Shown in pieces: positions 42,144 to 53,729 of a stretch of 58,251 nucleotides of DNA. Below the pieces are notes generated by a model. The model worked only from the letters and a program-made list of their open reading frames with translations. It was not told the DNA's origin and searched no databases. Both the position numbers and the translations under genes were made by a program. This stretch comes from Andalucia godoyi And28 (Eukaryota; Protista; Jakobida), in contig VRVR01000063.1 in NCBI GenBank assembly GCA_009859145.1, positions 70,983 through 129,233 of the forward strand, read 5' to 3'. Positions within the stretch are counted from its first letter, which is position 1. Each line of letters begins with the position of its first letter.

Positions 42144-42821
42144 TTAAAACAGTGGACGTGTCTCAACTCCCCGACGGTTACTGCAATCAAGTGCAAACTC
42201 CGTGTAAAACAAAAGGTAAACGACGTTACATAACAGATACACATACGACATGAAATAACTGTCCGTTTCGTAGAAAAAAGCGTCATCCAGGGTCACACTG
42301 TCTCCCAAGTTGCACAGACCTTGGAAAAGAAACAACAGAACGAGAAAAGGATAGATGAAAAAGTAGCATTGGCTCACTCTACCCATGGATTCCCGTGACG
42401 ATTTGCTCAACAAAGCAGCAAGCATTACGCAAACACCGATTTGCATGCACAAGACGAAGATTTCAAAGATAGACCTCATGCCTATTCCCTGGCAACGATT
42501 CGGGTACTGGGCATCCATCCCATTTGTAGATAAATGACAATCCCAGGGCAGCCACCCGCTCATTGCAAACGTCATATTTCCATGAAGGCCATTTTTCATA
42601 TAGATGGAACGAAACGTGAAGAATCCTGTTTGAAGTTCATAAAATCCGCTGTTACTGTTAGCTTGCATGCGATACGAAAAACGATCGTATGGAAGCACGA
42701 GGTACAGAGTGTACAAGAAGGCAAGCAATGCAAATAAGACAGCACGATTCTTCTGGAAGATTTTGGGATCCCAATGAGAAGTGTCGATTGCCGTTTTCGA
42801 CCTCCAATGACGCGTGAACAT
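42144..42821 (-). CDS. Four-TM membrane protein with claudin/tetraspan-like topology
   Basis: Four hydrophobic segments; large first loop containing two Cys (WDC...NRC). Confidence 0.6.
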   Translation of the reverse strand: MFTRHWRSKTAIDTSHWDPKIFQKNRAVLFALLAFLYTLYLVLPYDRFSYRMQANSNSGFYELQTGFFTFRSIYMKNGLHGNMTFAMSGWLPWDCHLSTNGMDAQYPNRCQGIGMRSIFEIFVLCMQIGVCVMLAALLSKSSRESMGRVSQCYFFIYPFLVLLFLFQGLCNLGDSVTLDDAFFYETDSYFMSYVYLLCNVVYLLFYTEFALDCSNRRGVETRPLF

Positions 42822-43792
42822 CTGCAGGTGCAGCGCTGTCGGTACTCAGGAGGCTTGAGTAAAAATGAGTGACGGCGATCAGGTGCAGTACTCGGTGGAT
42901 AAAATGCACCGGTCCGTTGAGCCAATTCCGAATCTTTTTATGCAGTGCTTGCTTCGACGAGTCGAAGAAGTTCTTGACAGAATGAAGCATGCTCCAAAGA
43001 ATGCACCTTAGCCCGATGAACTGTCGCAAATGTCACTTTCTGTGACATTTGCCGTCTGATATTGCTTGAGTCTACAACATCCTTTTAAAGCTTTTTTTTT
43101 CATTTCCTCAATTCGTCAACGTCAACGTTGGATGCAAAAGTTGTGTTTTCACTTCTTTTTGGAGAATTTATCTTTGCAAGGAATATGCAGTTTCGCTTGT
43201 CGTCATCATCGTCATGATTATGCTCGTCATTACCGGTACGCTGTCTATCCTGACAGGTCTTCCCGTGACCTGAGGTGTCTGATTTCGTGTCCTGGAGCGA
43301 CGCAACGGGGGGTTGATAACCGGTTTTTTGCAGAGCGTCGTCTGTGACATCATCTTCGGCCTGTATGCCGGCCTCGACGTCTCGGCGCAAGACTTCGGGC
43401 CTTTGCTCAAGGCCCCATTCTACGAATTTGCGAATAGTTCCGGCTTCTTTGTCGTCACCTGCGTGAACGTGATCGAGATGTCGGCGGGACGAAATTGATA
43501 GTTACTGAATACTTCTTCGCACGGATCCATGAACGGCGAATACGGCGGCAACAAGCTGACATCCAACTCCGTCGGAATCTAGGGCAGCACAGCTTGTGAC
43601 TTGTGTATCGAGCAGCTATCATGGATAGTGAGTTGCTTCATTCCGTCTTTCCGCGGCAGTGCTCCTTTTGAATGAAGTTCGATGCACATGTTTTTCAGAA
43701 AACTTGCACAGGTTTGCCCATTGACTCTTGCCAATAGATTGATTGTACATTATCTTGCTACCGCCACAGTCTTCTGCTCATTCTGCTCAGCG

Positions 43793-45300
43793 ATGTTCCA
43801 TTGTAGATTTCCGATCTCCCTTATCTTTGTCTCCATAGTCCTTGCGGCAAAGCTTCTTGATTCTTTGGTCCATCACCTGGGTTTCGATGAAGGTGGCGTT
43901 TTTGTGAGTGATTGGGGTTCGACCGCTGCCTGGGATCCGCTGGTTTCTGCGCAACGATTCCCCCATTTGATCCGGCGTCTCTCGTATGAGTTCGACCTGG
44001 TTCGCCACATTGTGTCGAGCAATACGGTTGATAATCGAAGAGAGGTCGTATTTGGTGTTGCGACATTTGGTGGGGATAGCGTTTTCAATTGGATCCACTA
44101 TATCGAAAAGGCTGGTTACAAGAACTGGCTGCTCGCCGTCCGACACCAAGCGTTGTTTGACGAAGTCGAACGCGAGTTTCCTGGTCATACAATCGTTGGT
44201 TCGCTCATCATGGACAAGCTGGATCTGGGAAAGTGCGGAGACGAGTATGAAGATGGTCTTGATCTTGAGCCAAACGGTGGCAACTTCAGCGACGTGATCG
44301 AGACGATTATCAACTACATGTTGTTGAAAATGGGATACATTGTTATCTATGCCTACATTGACGTTATGTTTCGGGGTCCCATGGATCTGTCCCACATCAT
44401 GGTAATACAGACATCGCCTTCTCCACGTACGACTATCCTTACTACGGGCCTCTACCGAGGACTGTCAGTGTGCTGCGGAAGTTGGCATCTGGTGTTTCTG
44501 CAAACTGGGGGTTCTTTGTGCTGTTTCCCGCTAAGCGCACCATGATTTACTGGAGAGAGTATGCATTGGTGCTACTCCTGCATGAGCGTGTGTGCAATGA
44601 CCAACTGTACGGTATCAGCTTGTTGACTAATCATCCAGAGTGGATGTGTTCGTACGGGTACGCAGATTCCTCAACAGATGTGATCGAGTACAGCGGAGCG
44701 AAGTTGCACCCTGATTGGTGTGTCCGGATTCGAACTTTGGATACGCTGAAATATCCCATCTATGCCGGGTATGCCGCGGGATTTGCGTCGGATGCCATCG
44801 CGATTCATATGACGAGCTATTACCTCGCGCCGAAGACTCACGGCTTGCGTTCCTTGGATTTGTTCGACATTGATAAAACGAAGGAAGGCATGAAGCATTT
44901 CCAAAGACGTGTTCTAACGTACGACTACAAATGCGGGAATAATCTCGCAGAGCGATATGCTGCTGCAAAGAAGGCCACTACTTTGGCGCTCTCGTTGAAG
45001 CGAGATCTGATACTGCCCATGTTTCCCTGCAAGGAGGTAGCGGAGTACTTTAAAACTCCGCTTCTTGAAAATTTCCGCAAAACGTGGTGTCCCTATGAAT
45101 GGTATTCGAGTCCAACAGCTTTTGCAGAAGGTTTGTATCCTGTACACATTCTGGAAGACTCGTTTCTGCAGCGAGGAGAAGCCTGTGCGGCGACAAAGGA
45201 TGTTCGCAGGATTGGTTCGACGGCGCTCGATGTCGGTACTTTGAGCGACGTAGCCAACAATCTCCTCGAGCTTGGTTGCTTGGTGGAGGCTGACTTATGA
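43793..45300 (+). CDS. Nucleotide-diphospho-sugar transferase (GT77-like) type II membrane protein, split by a 1-nt frameshift at ~44400
   Basis: N-terminal TM anchor; NWIHYI, LLKMGYIVIYAYIDVMF (DxD position reads YID), TDIAFST, ANWGFF, NDQ; C-terminal ALSLKRDLILPMFPC...WCP. Adding one G at ATGGTAAT joins the two ORFs. Confidence 0.7.
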
Positions 45301-46554
45301 AATGTTCCTCAATCCGTTTTGAATATTCTTTCGAACTGTGAAGGACACTTCTGCAGATGCTCATTCCGCGATGAGTAAGCCAAGATTTTGCGGCAGTCTT
45401 TGAGCCAAAAAAGAAGTGCAAAGTGTCTAAAAAGGCTCTTTGGCCTGTAATTCGCAATCAACGCTTGCGAACTGGATTGAGCTCCACCAGACCGTTCCGC
45501 TGACACAATTTTATTACGTGGCACAGCTATCGAAAGCGCGCTTCCTCATCGTTCAACGAGCTCGCGACTTTGCCAAAAACACATTGCACGTCAGAACTGC
45601 ATGTGATCTGAAGCAGCGTCGATTCTATCAGCATCTTATCATCGACAGTGCCATTCCATCTCAAATGACCGTCCTGAAAAACGAAAGCTTTCCCATTTAC
45701 CTGCACACCCATGACGATGAAGTCCGTGTAAAATGACATCCACTCAACAAATGACAAAGAAACAGAGTTCGTGCACTGATCTTGATGCCAGAGATTCACG
45801 GTACCGTCAGAGTGGACAGAAGCAAACCGATTCGGATCTGTCGAGACTCGGTCCAAGATCGACGAAACGCTATCATTGCGTTTTTTTGCTTGTTCATGAA
45901 CCCTTTCATACTGTTGTTAATATCCACAGAGCTACATTCCTGTCATGACAGTCGTTGCTGCAGTTATCATCGCCTGCATGCTCCTGCTTGAGTGGTTTTT
46001 TGGGGTGTTTGCGTTTTTGGCAGCTTCCGAAGAATACTACCATCTCTTGTCTTTGGTCCAAGAACCCCCTTGTATATGCTTTTCTTTCAGATGTTGCAGC
46101 ATTCTTTCTCTTGTTTCCTGGATGATTCGGCACGTGCAATCTGTTTTGAACATGCATGCGCGTCACATGCAACTCATCGACATCCATCCTGACCATTGAT
46201 GAGACTGATATATTTTTCCACTAAAGATTTTCGTTGCAGTCATGTGTTATTTGGGAATGACGATTGCAGTGGATTTGCCACACGCAAATGCCATTGCATG
46301 AGAGATCAACGGTGCGCGACATCATGTCCTCATCAATATGTCGAGCACCTGCGAAATTTGCCTTTTGTCACTGAGTCAGACTCTGCGTGCAAAATGTGTA
46401 AGCCATGTCATCGCTGAACACAGGTGATGTCGCGAAAGCCTCTCGATTTGTGGCTCTATCTTACAGTATCCTCTCCTCACTTTCATTGGGGTCTTCTAAA
46501 TGGTTGCGGCGTGAATTTTCTGTAGAATTGGTCCAAATCATCTCAACCTGCATC

Positions 46555-47019
46555 TCACCCTCCATGCGGAGCTCCATCATAAAACCCGAATACTTCCACC
46601 AGCAATGACTCGACTCCATTGCCAGAAATGTCGGAGCTGCTTGGACACATGGTGGCAAGATAGAAGCAGTCGGGATCGGTCAAACCCCCATCATCCATGT
46701 AATACTCGCTGAAATTCACAGTCCACGGAAGCAGCCCCGCACGAGCGTCCCCCACCACAGTCGAAAAGCCGAACCAACCATGGGGAAACAGAGTGGCAAT
46801 TGTAGGATACGGCATCGTCGTGCCAAACGCAATCTTATAATGCCCATTCCCGTCCCTGATCGCTGTGATCTCTTGGTATGGAAGATTTTGGATTTCCAGA
46901 TTCACAACAACCAGTTGATCGCCCACCAAGTGCATCCGGGCACGCATCCGTGGGCGACCAGCAGGTGTCTTTGCTGCTGCAGTCGTCAGAGCAGCAATGA
47001 AAATGGCGAAGAGACACAT
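46555..47019 (-). CDS. Small secreted protein (~154 aa), family unknown
   Basis: MCLFAIFIAALTTAAA signal-like sequence; beta-rich mature part with CxxxxxxC. Confidence 0.55.
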   Translation of the reverse strand: MCLFAIFIAALTTAAAKTPAGRPRMRARMHLVGDQLVVVNLEIQNLPYQEITAIRDGNGHYKIAFGTTMPYPTIATLFPHGWFGFSTVVGDARAGLLPWTVNFSEYYMDDGGLTDPDCFYLATMCPSSSDISGNGVESLLVEVFGFYDGAPHGG

Positions 47020-47149
47020 CACGCGAATGATGACCTGTTTGTATGAACAAGCAATAACACTGTATCCCATTGGTTCCTTCAAAGTTCAAAAACAGCTTCT
47101 TCTTACCCATGAAAAAATCTTGAGAAATGTGCACAACTCGATTTCGAAA

Positions 47150-47745
47150 AGTCAAAAGATGAGTCGTTACTCATCCGTGCTTGCAAGGCAAGCAGCTTCC
47201 CATACAAATTTGGGCACGCCCTCAGCGATTCAGCTTGCCTTGTCGTTGTGCCTGTTTGAATATGCTCAAAGTCGAGGCTGCAAAACAATCACAGGAATGT
47301 CCTCGAAAAATGGTGCAGTATTGTCTGTTTTTGGCATAGTCGCCACTTTGCCGATTGCGAAGAGATTAATGTTAACAGGATTGTTGTAGTGCCAGCCGGT
47401 ACACAGTCGGTGAGCTGCCTAATGTTCAATAGATGGATCATTAATAGTGGCGTTCGGAGGTATTTGGCAACTGTTCTTGATGAGATGAAGAATCTGCAAC
47501 AGGACTCCATACGCGTGTGCAAATCACAAGCGAACTCTTTGCGATTCGAAGTGAAATCATCGACAATCTGTAAGATGCCTCGCTTGACAAGCTAGTGTTG
47601 GATGGCTGCGATTCTCTGCGATTGTTCTGTCTAACAGCTGAGAGAACTCTGCCGACGCTTATTGAATTGACTGAGCGAAGCAGTGCAGATAGTTCGCTTT
47701 GGAGTCGTAAATGAGAATTTGGTGCTGCTGTTCGTGATTAGAGCA
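47150..47745 (+). pseudogene. Degraded Crinkler-like kinase relic
   Basis: LMLTGLL*CQPVH corresponds to LELTGMLQRAPVH; nucleotide match to 39440-39700 (gaagaatctgcaacagga, cctcgcttgaca, gcgattctctgcgattgtt). Confidence 0.75.
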
Positions 47746-47749
47746 GTCA

Positions 47750-48755
47750 GACGTGAACATCGGGACACAAACCCACATGTCGCGCAGCGTTTTTGCGAAC
47801 ACCCCGGGCTTTTGCTCCTCCAGAAAATTGCAGCTTGTTTCGAATCCCGTGATGCCCAGCATACCCGCACCGAAACCAATGAGAATGCCTTCCGCGACGT
47901 TGGATTGGGAGGGGACCGCCTGAGAGTTCTGCCAGTTGTCCCTAATGACGTGAGGATTCATGCACATGTAGACAAAACAGGCGACAATCAGAGTCATCAA
48001 CGAAATGATATGCACGATGAAAATCACAACCGCAAAAGTGGCCGACTCTGTCAGACCAAGCAAGGTCAGGACGAAGAAAACCGCAAACAACGCAACAGTA
48101 AGGGCAGTTCCGTCCGCGGCAGAACCCCAGAATGCGGAACCGTATGAAACTGCAGTTGCGGCGCTTACCACAGCAGTTGCCACGTACGAAAGGAACGAAC
48201 AGCTGCCGGCAAAGGAAGCAACCCACTTCTGCGATGTGTTCAGGAAGATTGTGTACGAACCGCCGTTCAGCGGAAGCGCGTCTCCAAGTTCCTCATAAAC
48301 GAACCGAAAAAAGTACAGAACGAAGGCAACCAACAGAAGAGAGAGAAACGAATAAACTCCTGCAGATTTCCATACAAAAGCCGCAGTGTACAGCACGAGG
48401 ATGTAATGTCATTCCCGCAGAGTACGGTGGAGAGAAGCTCGCCAAGCAGATGCGATGCGGAACCAGTCGATGCGAAGATCCTTGAAAACAGTTCCGGATT
48501 TCCTGCAAAGTCCAAACCGAGTTCCTCGTCGCTGGCATCGCAATCTCGAACGGATGGACGATTCCGTTGAGGATGGTCCATCATGGGGGTGTCGGATTGC
48601 ACGAAACCGTTGAGTGACGCTGTGTCCAGCTGCACAACTGCCTCCACTTCTGGGGACTGCCGTGGTAAACGGTACCGCAAGAAAGGGCTTGCGCGGGGGT
48701 CGAATGGCGGCGGGTCGTCCTTCTGGGCACTATCAGATGCAGCATCACCATTCAT
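47750..48755 (-). pseudogene. APC-superfamily amino acid permease, 3'-truncated after about 6 TMs, with a 1-nt frameshift at ~48395
   Basis: LLSTVLCGNDITSS|VLYTA, YEELGDALPLNGGSY, GMLGITGFETSCNFLEEQKPGVFAKTLRDM; homology stops at the Crinkler relic. Confidence 0.75.
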
Positions 48756-50002
48756 CGTTTCAGGTGTTCCGGATGCAAGAAAAATGTCACAATGATTCGA
48801 ATGACAGACGAGAAATGTCAAACTTGCAATGAATTATTTGGGGGAAGTTTTTCAACAACTGTTTTTTCCCCAGCAAAAAACTCGGCAGCAAGCAGCATGC
48901 ACCACCTGCAGTGGGTCGTCCTGCGGGCCCTCCTCCAGCGTATCCCTGCATTCCAGCAGTGCTTCCTCGCTGCGGTGCAGCACCGGCTGCGCGGTGAGAC
49001 ACACATCCCGCTGCTGCGATGGGTGCCGCGCAAGCGTCCTCAGCTGTTGCGCACATGCCTGCTTGTTGGTCCAGAGACGCAGCCCTCCGTCCAGCCGTCG
49101 GTGCAGCCACTGACCACAGAGGAGTTTGCGGACCTCGTGGAGCGGATTGCAGAAAACCAGTGCCTGGGCACCACGTCGCCACACTGCCACCTCTCCAGCT
49201 GAGGACGGAGCGGGACCACAGCGCACTGTACCTTGCGATGCGCACCACACAATGAACACAGCTGGTAGAATAATAAAACAAAAACACGATGTTCTTTGTC
49301 TATTTGTTATTTGCAAAGCCCACAAGAACAATGCAAGCGACGTGCTTTCCTTTTCTTTTTCTTTCAGCGTGTGTAACGCCTCGCCGAGCAAAAAAGAATC
49401 CACCCACACACCTAGAACGTCCTTCATGATGCGCTCCATCGCGGGATGCACGCGCGGCCTCAGACTCTCCGTTTAGAAAAGTGTTGATGAAAAACGACTG
49501 TAGTCGGGAAGTAGGCAATTAACATTTTACGTGTAACTTCTGAACGGCGTCGTCCCCAAGACATGTTGATGCGCCGCTGTGATCGCCGTCCCCGACTCCA
49601 CCAGTCCCCAGCAAAACCGCAGAAAAAGTGCTGTGGACCATTTCCCGTGTTTTGTGTGCCGGTGGAGAAATGGAAGGGGATTGAGAGGAACAAACTGGGA
49701 ATGAATTTTACATTGCAGCGACCGTCGTCTAACGACCTACCGATCGACCGTCGACAATGGGACTCTGACTGTGTGCCGTGTACTTCGTGTTCAATGTTGT
49801 TTCATTTATCGATCGAACGTGCAGCATGCTTTCTGCTTGGCGTCACTGTTGGAGCTTGCTAGTGAAATCGACTCGGTCTGTGCGATTCCCCTTTTCTCGA
49901 AGTTTGTGCACTGTGCGACGCTGCAATTTGTTGCTTCCAAGCATCCAACAGGTCACAAATCAGGGTATAGACCGTTTGCGAACTGCTGGCCAAGATTGCA
50001 AA

Positions 50003-51790
50003 ATGTCGCGTCTTCCATTGAAGCATTCTGAAGGATCGACGATGCGTTCGAGTTCAAATGTCCAAATGATGACAGCACACTCAGGCTCAAATGGCAATGA
50101 TCGTCCATCAGGATCTTCAAGAAGCGCGTCCACTGCTTCCGAAGGCGAGCAAGGATGTGGAGAGGGTGTGGTAAATTCGAGCAATTTTGAGCAGCAGGTC
50201 CGTCTTCTGGGACACCCGAGACAATCCGTAGCAGCCGAGAATGTCTGTTACTGGGCAGTGGTAACGTACTTGCAATCCTTTGTTGAGGATCATGAGTGCG
50301 GAGATCAGGAAATGCAGGAAATGCAGAAGGAGGAGGAACGCGAAGACGATAGTGAACAGGATGGAGATAGCCAGAGCGAAGGAGGCACTTCATTGAGGAT
50401 CAAGGAGCCCACGGATTCCGTGACGAGCTCAACATCATGCATTATGAATGTGGTTGTCATCGAGGCGAATGCGCGAAATGAAGAAGCGTTGGAAAAGTAT
50501 ATTTCGTGGATCGAACAGAGTGAAACTGTGGATGGCAAGCAGCTTGCGGGGAAATCGCAGTACATGGTCCTTCTGAACCAGTCCTTGAATAGGAAAGATG
50601 CATGGCCGGCACAAGGCGTCGAAGCTCGCGTTAGGAACGAAGTGTTTCGACACTTTGCCGTATCGCGAGAAGGACTCGATTTCAAAAGAGAGCAGTTGTG
50701 GAACGGTGATCGAGGCTCAGTGGACCACGTGCCTTTGGTCTCAGATTCTTTCATGGATGACCCTATCTTCACGAATCTTGCATGGGAACAATTGGATCAC
50801 CTTAGCTTGCATGTCTCCATCTGGTTTCCTCCAACTTACTTGCACCCGCTTGATGTGCAAGTCGATCATGCAAGCCAGGATGAGGAAGAGCAGAAGGCCA
50901 GTGCTCAGAATATATTCGAGCATTTCGAGGCGCTCTTCCGGGATACTCCGTGGGAAACGCCCATGGATCAAGCTGCAACTTCTGGTATCATTCGAACAAG
51001 GTCCACTTCGAAAACAAACAGCGCCGCAGCCACAGTGTCGCGAGTTGTAGAGGCCTATATCAAAAAGACAGAACAGAAGCCTTCATGGGGGTTGCCGGTG
51101 TTTCCAGACGGTTATCCGTCTTTCCGTCTCTCAACACAGATCACAGGTAGGCCAGCCAGCCGAGATCTTCCGGCAGCAGCAGAGTTGCGCTACTGGGGCA
51201 TCTACTCTGGAGGCAGCAATGGAGGCCAGGTCATCTTGGTGGAAGCAAAGCAAGAAAACAAGTCAGTGTTCAAGGAGTACGCCGAATTTCTTGCAGAGTA
51301 TCCTCGCGAAGACAATGACTGGGATGCGTGGGTGCTGCATGATGTTGACAATGATGAGGATTGTTGGTGCGCTGAAAAATCAGAGAATGTTGCGCGGCAG
51401 GAAGGGTTGAAGTTGTACTTGCAGAATCGTCAATACGATTATCCCTTTGAACAGATGTTGGACAGCAATTGGAGAAAAGAACGGAAGAATGGAAAGAAAT
51501 TGCCAGTGGCAACGGACACTTCCAGAGCTGCAAATTCGTGGACTGATGAGCTCTTAAAAGAAGGAATTGAGGCCGGAAACATTGGAGCACTGCCCCTGGA
51601 GCGCATGAGCATTCATGTGCACCTTGAAATTGTGTACTGCCATGGGTATCTCAAACCGCTTCGAGCCACTACCATTGATGGAGAGATGCAAATGTTGGAT
51701 GATAGCGACCTGTTTGACGGCTTCTATGACATAATTTCAGACTTTGGCAGTCGCATGCAACGGCATCCCATTCACACGCGATCCACATAG
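50003..51790 (+). CDS. Hypothetical acidic protein, 595 aa, with an apparent internal tandem domain duplication
   Basis: Long intact ORF; YWAVV..NVVVIEANARNEEALEKY vs YWGIY..QVILVEAKQENKSVFKEY; LDHLSLHV..YLHPL vs LERMSIHV..YLKPL. Confidence 0.75.
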   Translation: MSRLPLKHSEGSTMRSSSNVQMMTAHSGSNGNDRPSGSSRSASTASEGEQGCGEGVVNSSNFEQQVRLLGHPRQSVAAENVCYWAVVTYLQSFVEDHECGDQEMQEMQKEEEREDDSEQDGDSQSEGGTSLRIKEPTDSVTSSTSCIMNVVVIEANARNEEALEKYISWIEQSETVDGKQLAGKSQYMVLLNQSLNRKDAWPAQGVEARVRNEVFRHFAVSREGLDFKREQLWNGDRGSVDHVPLVSDSFMDDPIFTNLAWEQLDHLSLHVSIWFPPTYLHPLDVQVDHASQDEEEQKASAQNIFEHFEALFRDTPWETPMDQAATSGIIRTRSTSKTNSAAATVSRVVEAYIKKTEQKPSWGLPVFPDGYPSFRLSTQITGRPASRDLPAAAELRYWGIYSGGSNGGQVILVEAKQENKSVFKEYAEFLAEYPREDNDWDAWVLHDVDNDEDCWCAEKSENVARQEGLKLYLQNRQYDYPFEQMLDSNWRKERKNGKKLPVATDTSRAANSWTDELLKEGIEAGNIGALPLERMSIHVHLEIVYCHGYLKPLRATTIDGEMQMLDDSDLFDGFYDIISDFGSRMQRHPIHTRST

Positions 51791-51925
51791 TTTTCGTGCC
51801 TGCAGATTGGAAAAGAGAGCAAACTCTTGGAGGTGGTGGTCGAAATTGCAGTCAGAACCAAAAAAATAAATAAATAAATAAAAATAAACTCTCTGGGAAA
51901 TCAAACAGTCGGAACGGAAAAAAAT

Positions 51926-53497
51926 TCAGTGCTCGCAAAAGTTAAAGTTGTGTGACAGCTCCTCGTTCAAGTCCTTCTTCGCAGCAGATCGCTCCGCCAT
52001 CATTGCGAGACGAATCCGGCACCTTGTTTCGTAGTCCAGCACTGCATCTGGCAAGTGCACAACGTCTGCTGTGGAGACTATGCGGCGGGACGGATCAACA
52101 AGGAAGAATGCCACAACTCGCCGCGTGACGACGGTTCGTGGAGGACTCGTTGGCGCGCCATAGTTTGTGATGGCACTCGTAAAAACGGGCTGCAGCTTGT
52201 GCTGATGGCTGTTTGGAAATGCAACGAGGTCGCCTGCATCCGGAGTGAGCTTGCCCAACGGAATGAGGCCCGAGGAGAGCAATGGAGATTCTGCGGCCTC
52301 ATTTTGATGTGTGTTTGCTGCCAAAAACATCGTTTCATCGGTGGTGAAGGATCGTCGAAACAGCAAAGACCCGCCCTCAACAGCGGTGTCCTTCCGCAGA
52401 TACACCAGCGCAGTGGCAACAATCCGTTCGTGCGAAAGGCCTTCAACGTGCCACACTCCTTCATGCGTATCGCCCCCCGCCGTGAGTTCAATGTCTGCGA
52501 TCTTGGGAATGACTTGCAACTGTTTTCCACGCAGCGACACCGGCTTGCAAAGCAGCTTGCGCTGCTCCCGAACCTTCCAGCATCCACGTCCTGTCTGATA
52601 GTCGGTCCAGTGCATCGATTTCGTGTACCCAAGAACATGCTCCCAGGCTGGGATCGCCATGGACAGCACCGACTCCAGACAGCGCCGTACATCGGCATCC
52701 TCTTGCAAATGAGCTCCATTCACTGGAGAGATGAACCTCGGCACTCCATGGTCGTCCACGTGGACTTCAGAGGGCATCCACTGGTATCGAGACCCCCGAT
52801 AAACACGGCCAAAATCGTCATTTTCCTCCTCTCTGCGCTTTCGTTTCGCACCGAGGACTGCCCCAGGCTTGACATCGGTCACTCCGGCATACGTCTCCCT
52901 CTCGCTAGCAGTTTCCGCCTTTGTGATGTACGGAAACAAACTTGGGTGGAGGATATCACGAACACGATCTCTGGAACCGGGGTGATAGTCGACGACAGCG
53001 CTTCGATCTCGAAATGCATCAATCGCAGCATTTATGGACGCAAGGCTTTGCTCTGGTAGCTGCGATTTGCAGTGCACAACACCCTCAGGTGTCTCCGTCT
53101 CAGCATGCATCAGTGTGTCAAATATCCCTCGTTCCCATCCGTACTCCAAAGTACTCAGCGTAGCGCTGATTCCCGAATCCCCCGTCCAATTCTCTTCCAC
53201 GCACGTTTCAATCAACTCGCTGGCTTCGACAAGCACTTTATCTTCTTCGAGCATCTGCTTCGTCATATCCAGCTGGATTGTCGACAGAGGATTCAAAGCA
53301 TACTTATTAACTTCCTGTTCGAGAATCGCCAGCGCGCCAGACGGACTGTTCGTTCTTGCACGTGTTCGAAACGCAAGATCCATTGCCTCTCGCAAAAACC
53401 GAGACTTCTGTAGCCGGAATATGTCCACAAACCTGCGAAAGCGGTCCGTTCGCAGAAGTTTGATGGATTTGCACAGCGGTTTCCTGGTTGGTTTCAT
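51926..53497 (-). CDS. DUF4246 (PF14033) protein, probable 2OG-Fe(II) oxygenase-like fold
   Basis: DYHPGS...VRDILHPSL, YQWMPS, LQVIPKIADIEL, WHVEG..HERIVATA, FPNSHQH, FFLVDP..IVST, RLAMMAER. Confidence 0.85.
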   Translation of the reverse strand: MKPTRKPLCKSIKLLRTDRFRRFVDIFRLQKSRFLREAMDLAFRTRARTNSPSGALAILEQEVNKYALNPLSTIQLDMTKQMLEEDKVLVEASELIETCVEENWTGDSGISATLSTLEYGWERGIFDTLMHAETETPEGVVHCKSQLPEQSLASINAAIDAFRDRSAVVDYHPGSRDRVRDILHPSLFPYITKAETASERETYAGVTDVKPGAVLGAKRKRREEENDDFGRVYRGSRYQWMPSEVHVDDHGVPRFISPVNGAHLQEDADVRRCLESVLSMAIPAWEHVLGYTKSMHWTDYQTGRGCWKVREQRKLLCKPVSLRGKQLQVIPKIADIELTAGGDTHEGVWHVEGLSHERIVATALVYLRKDTAVEGGSLLFRRSFTTDETMFLAANTHQNEAAESPLLSSGLIPLGKLTPDAGDLVAFPNSHQHKLQPVFTSAITNYGAPTSPPRTVVTRRVVAFFLVDPSRRIVSTADVVHLPDAVLDYETRCRIRLAMMAERSAAKKDLNEELSHNFNFCEH

Positions 53498-53729
53498 GAT
53501 GGCGAAAGAAGGCCCGAGCAATCGCAGCGTCGATTCAAAGTTTTGTTCTTTGGTAACGGGGGAAAAAGACAAGAAAAGAGAGAGCGAGAGAGCGAGAGAG
53601 AAAAGGAGAATGGAGGAACCAGTTCAAGTTTTCAACATCAACAGTTTCTCCCTCCCAAAACAAATTTCTTGAATAAGTGCCTTTCTGTTTTAATTGGTTT
53701 GCCATCAGCCCTCCCGATTCGCTGCACGA

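Noticed and set aside
43180-43560. Hydrophobic transporter-like fragment with stops
   Set aside because: Probably a relic, but no family motif could be fixed
45527-45856. WD40-like FASVHSDGTVNLWH ORF
   Set aside because: One repeat-like segment only; no propeller context
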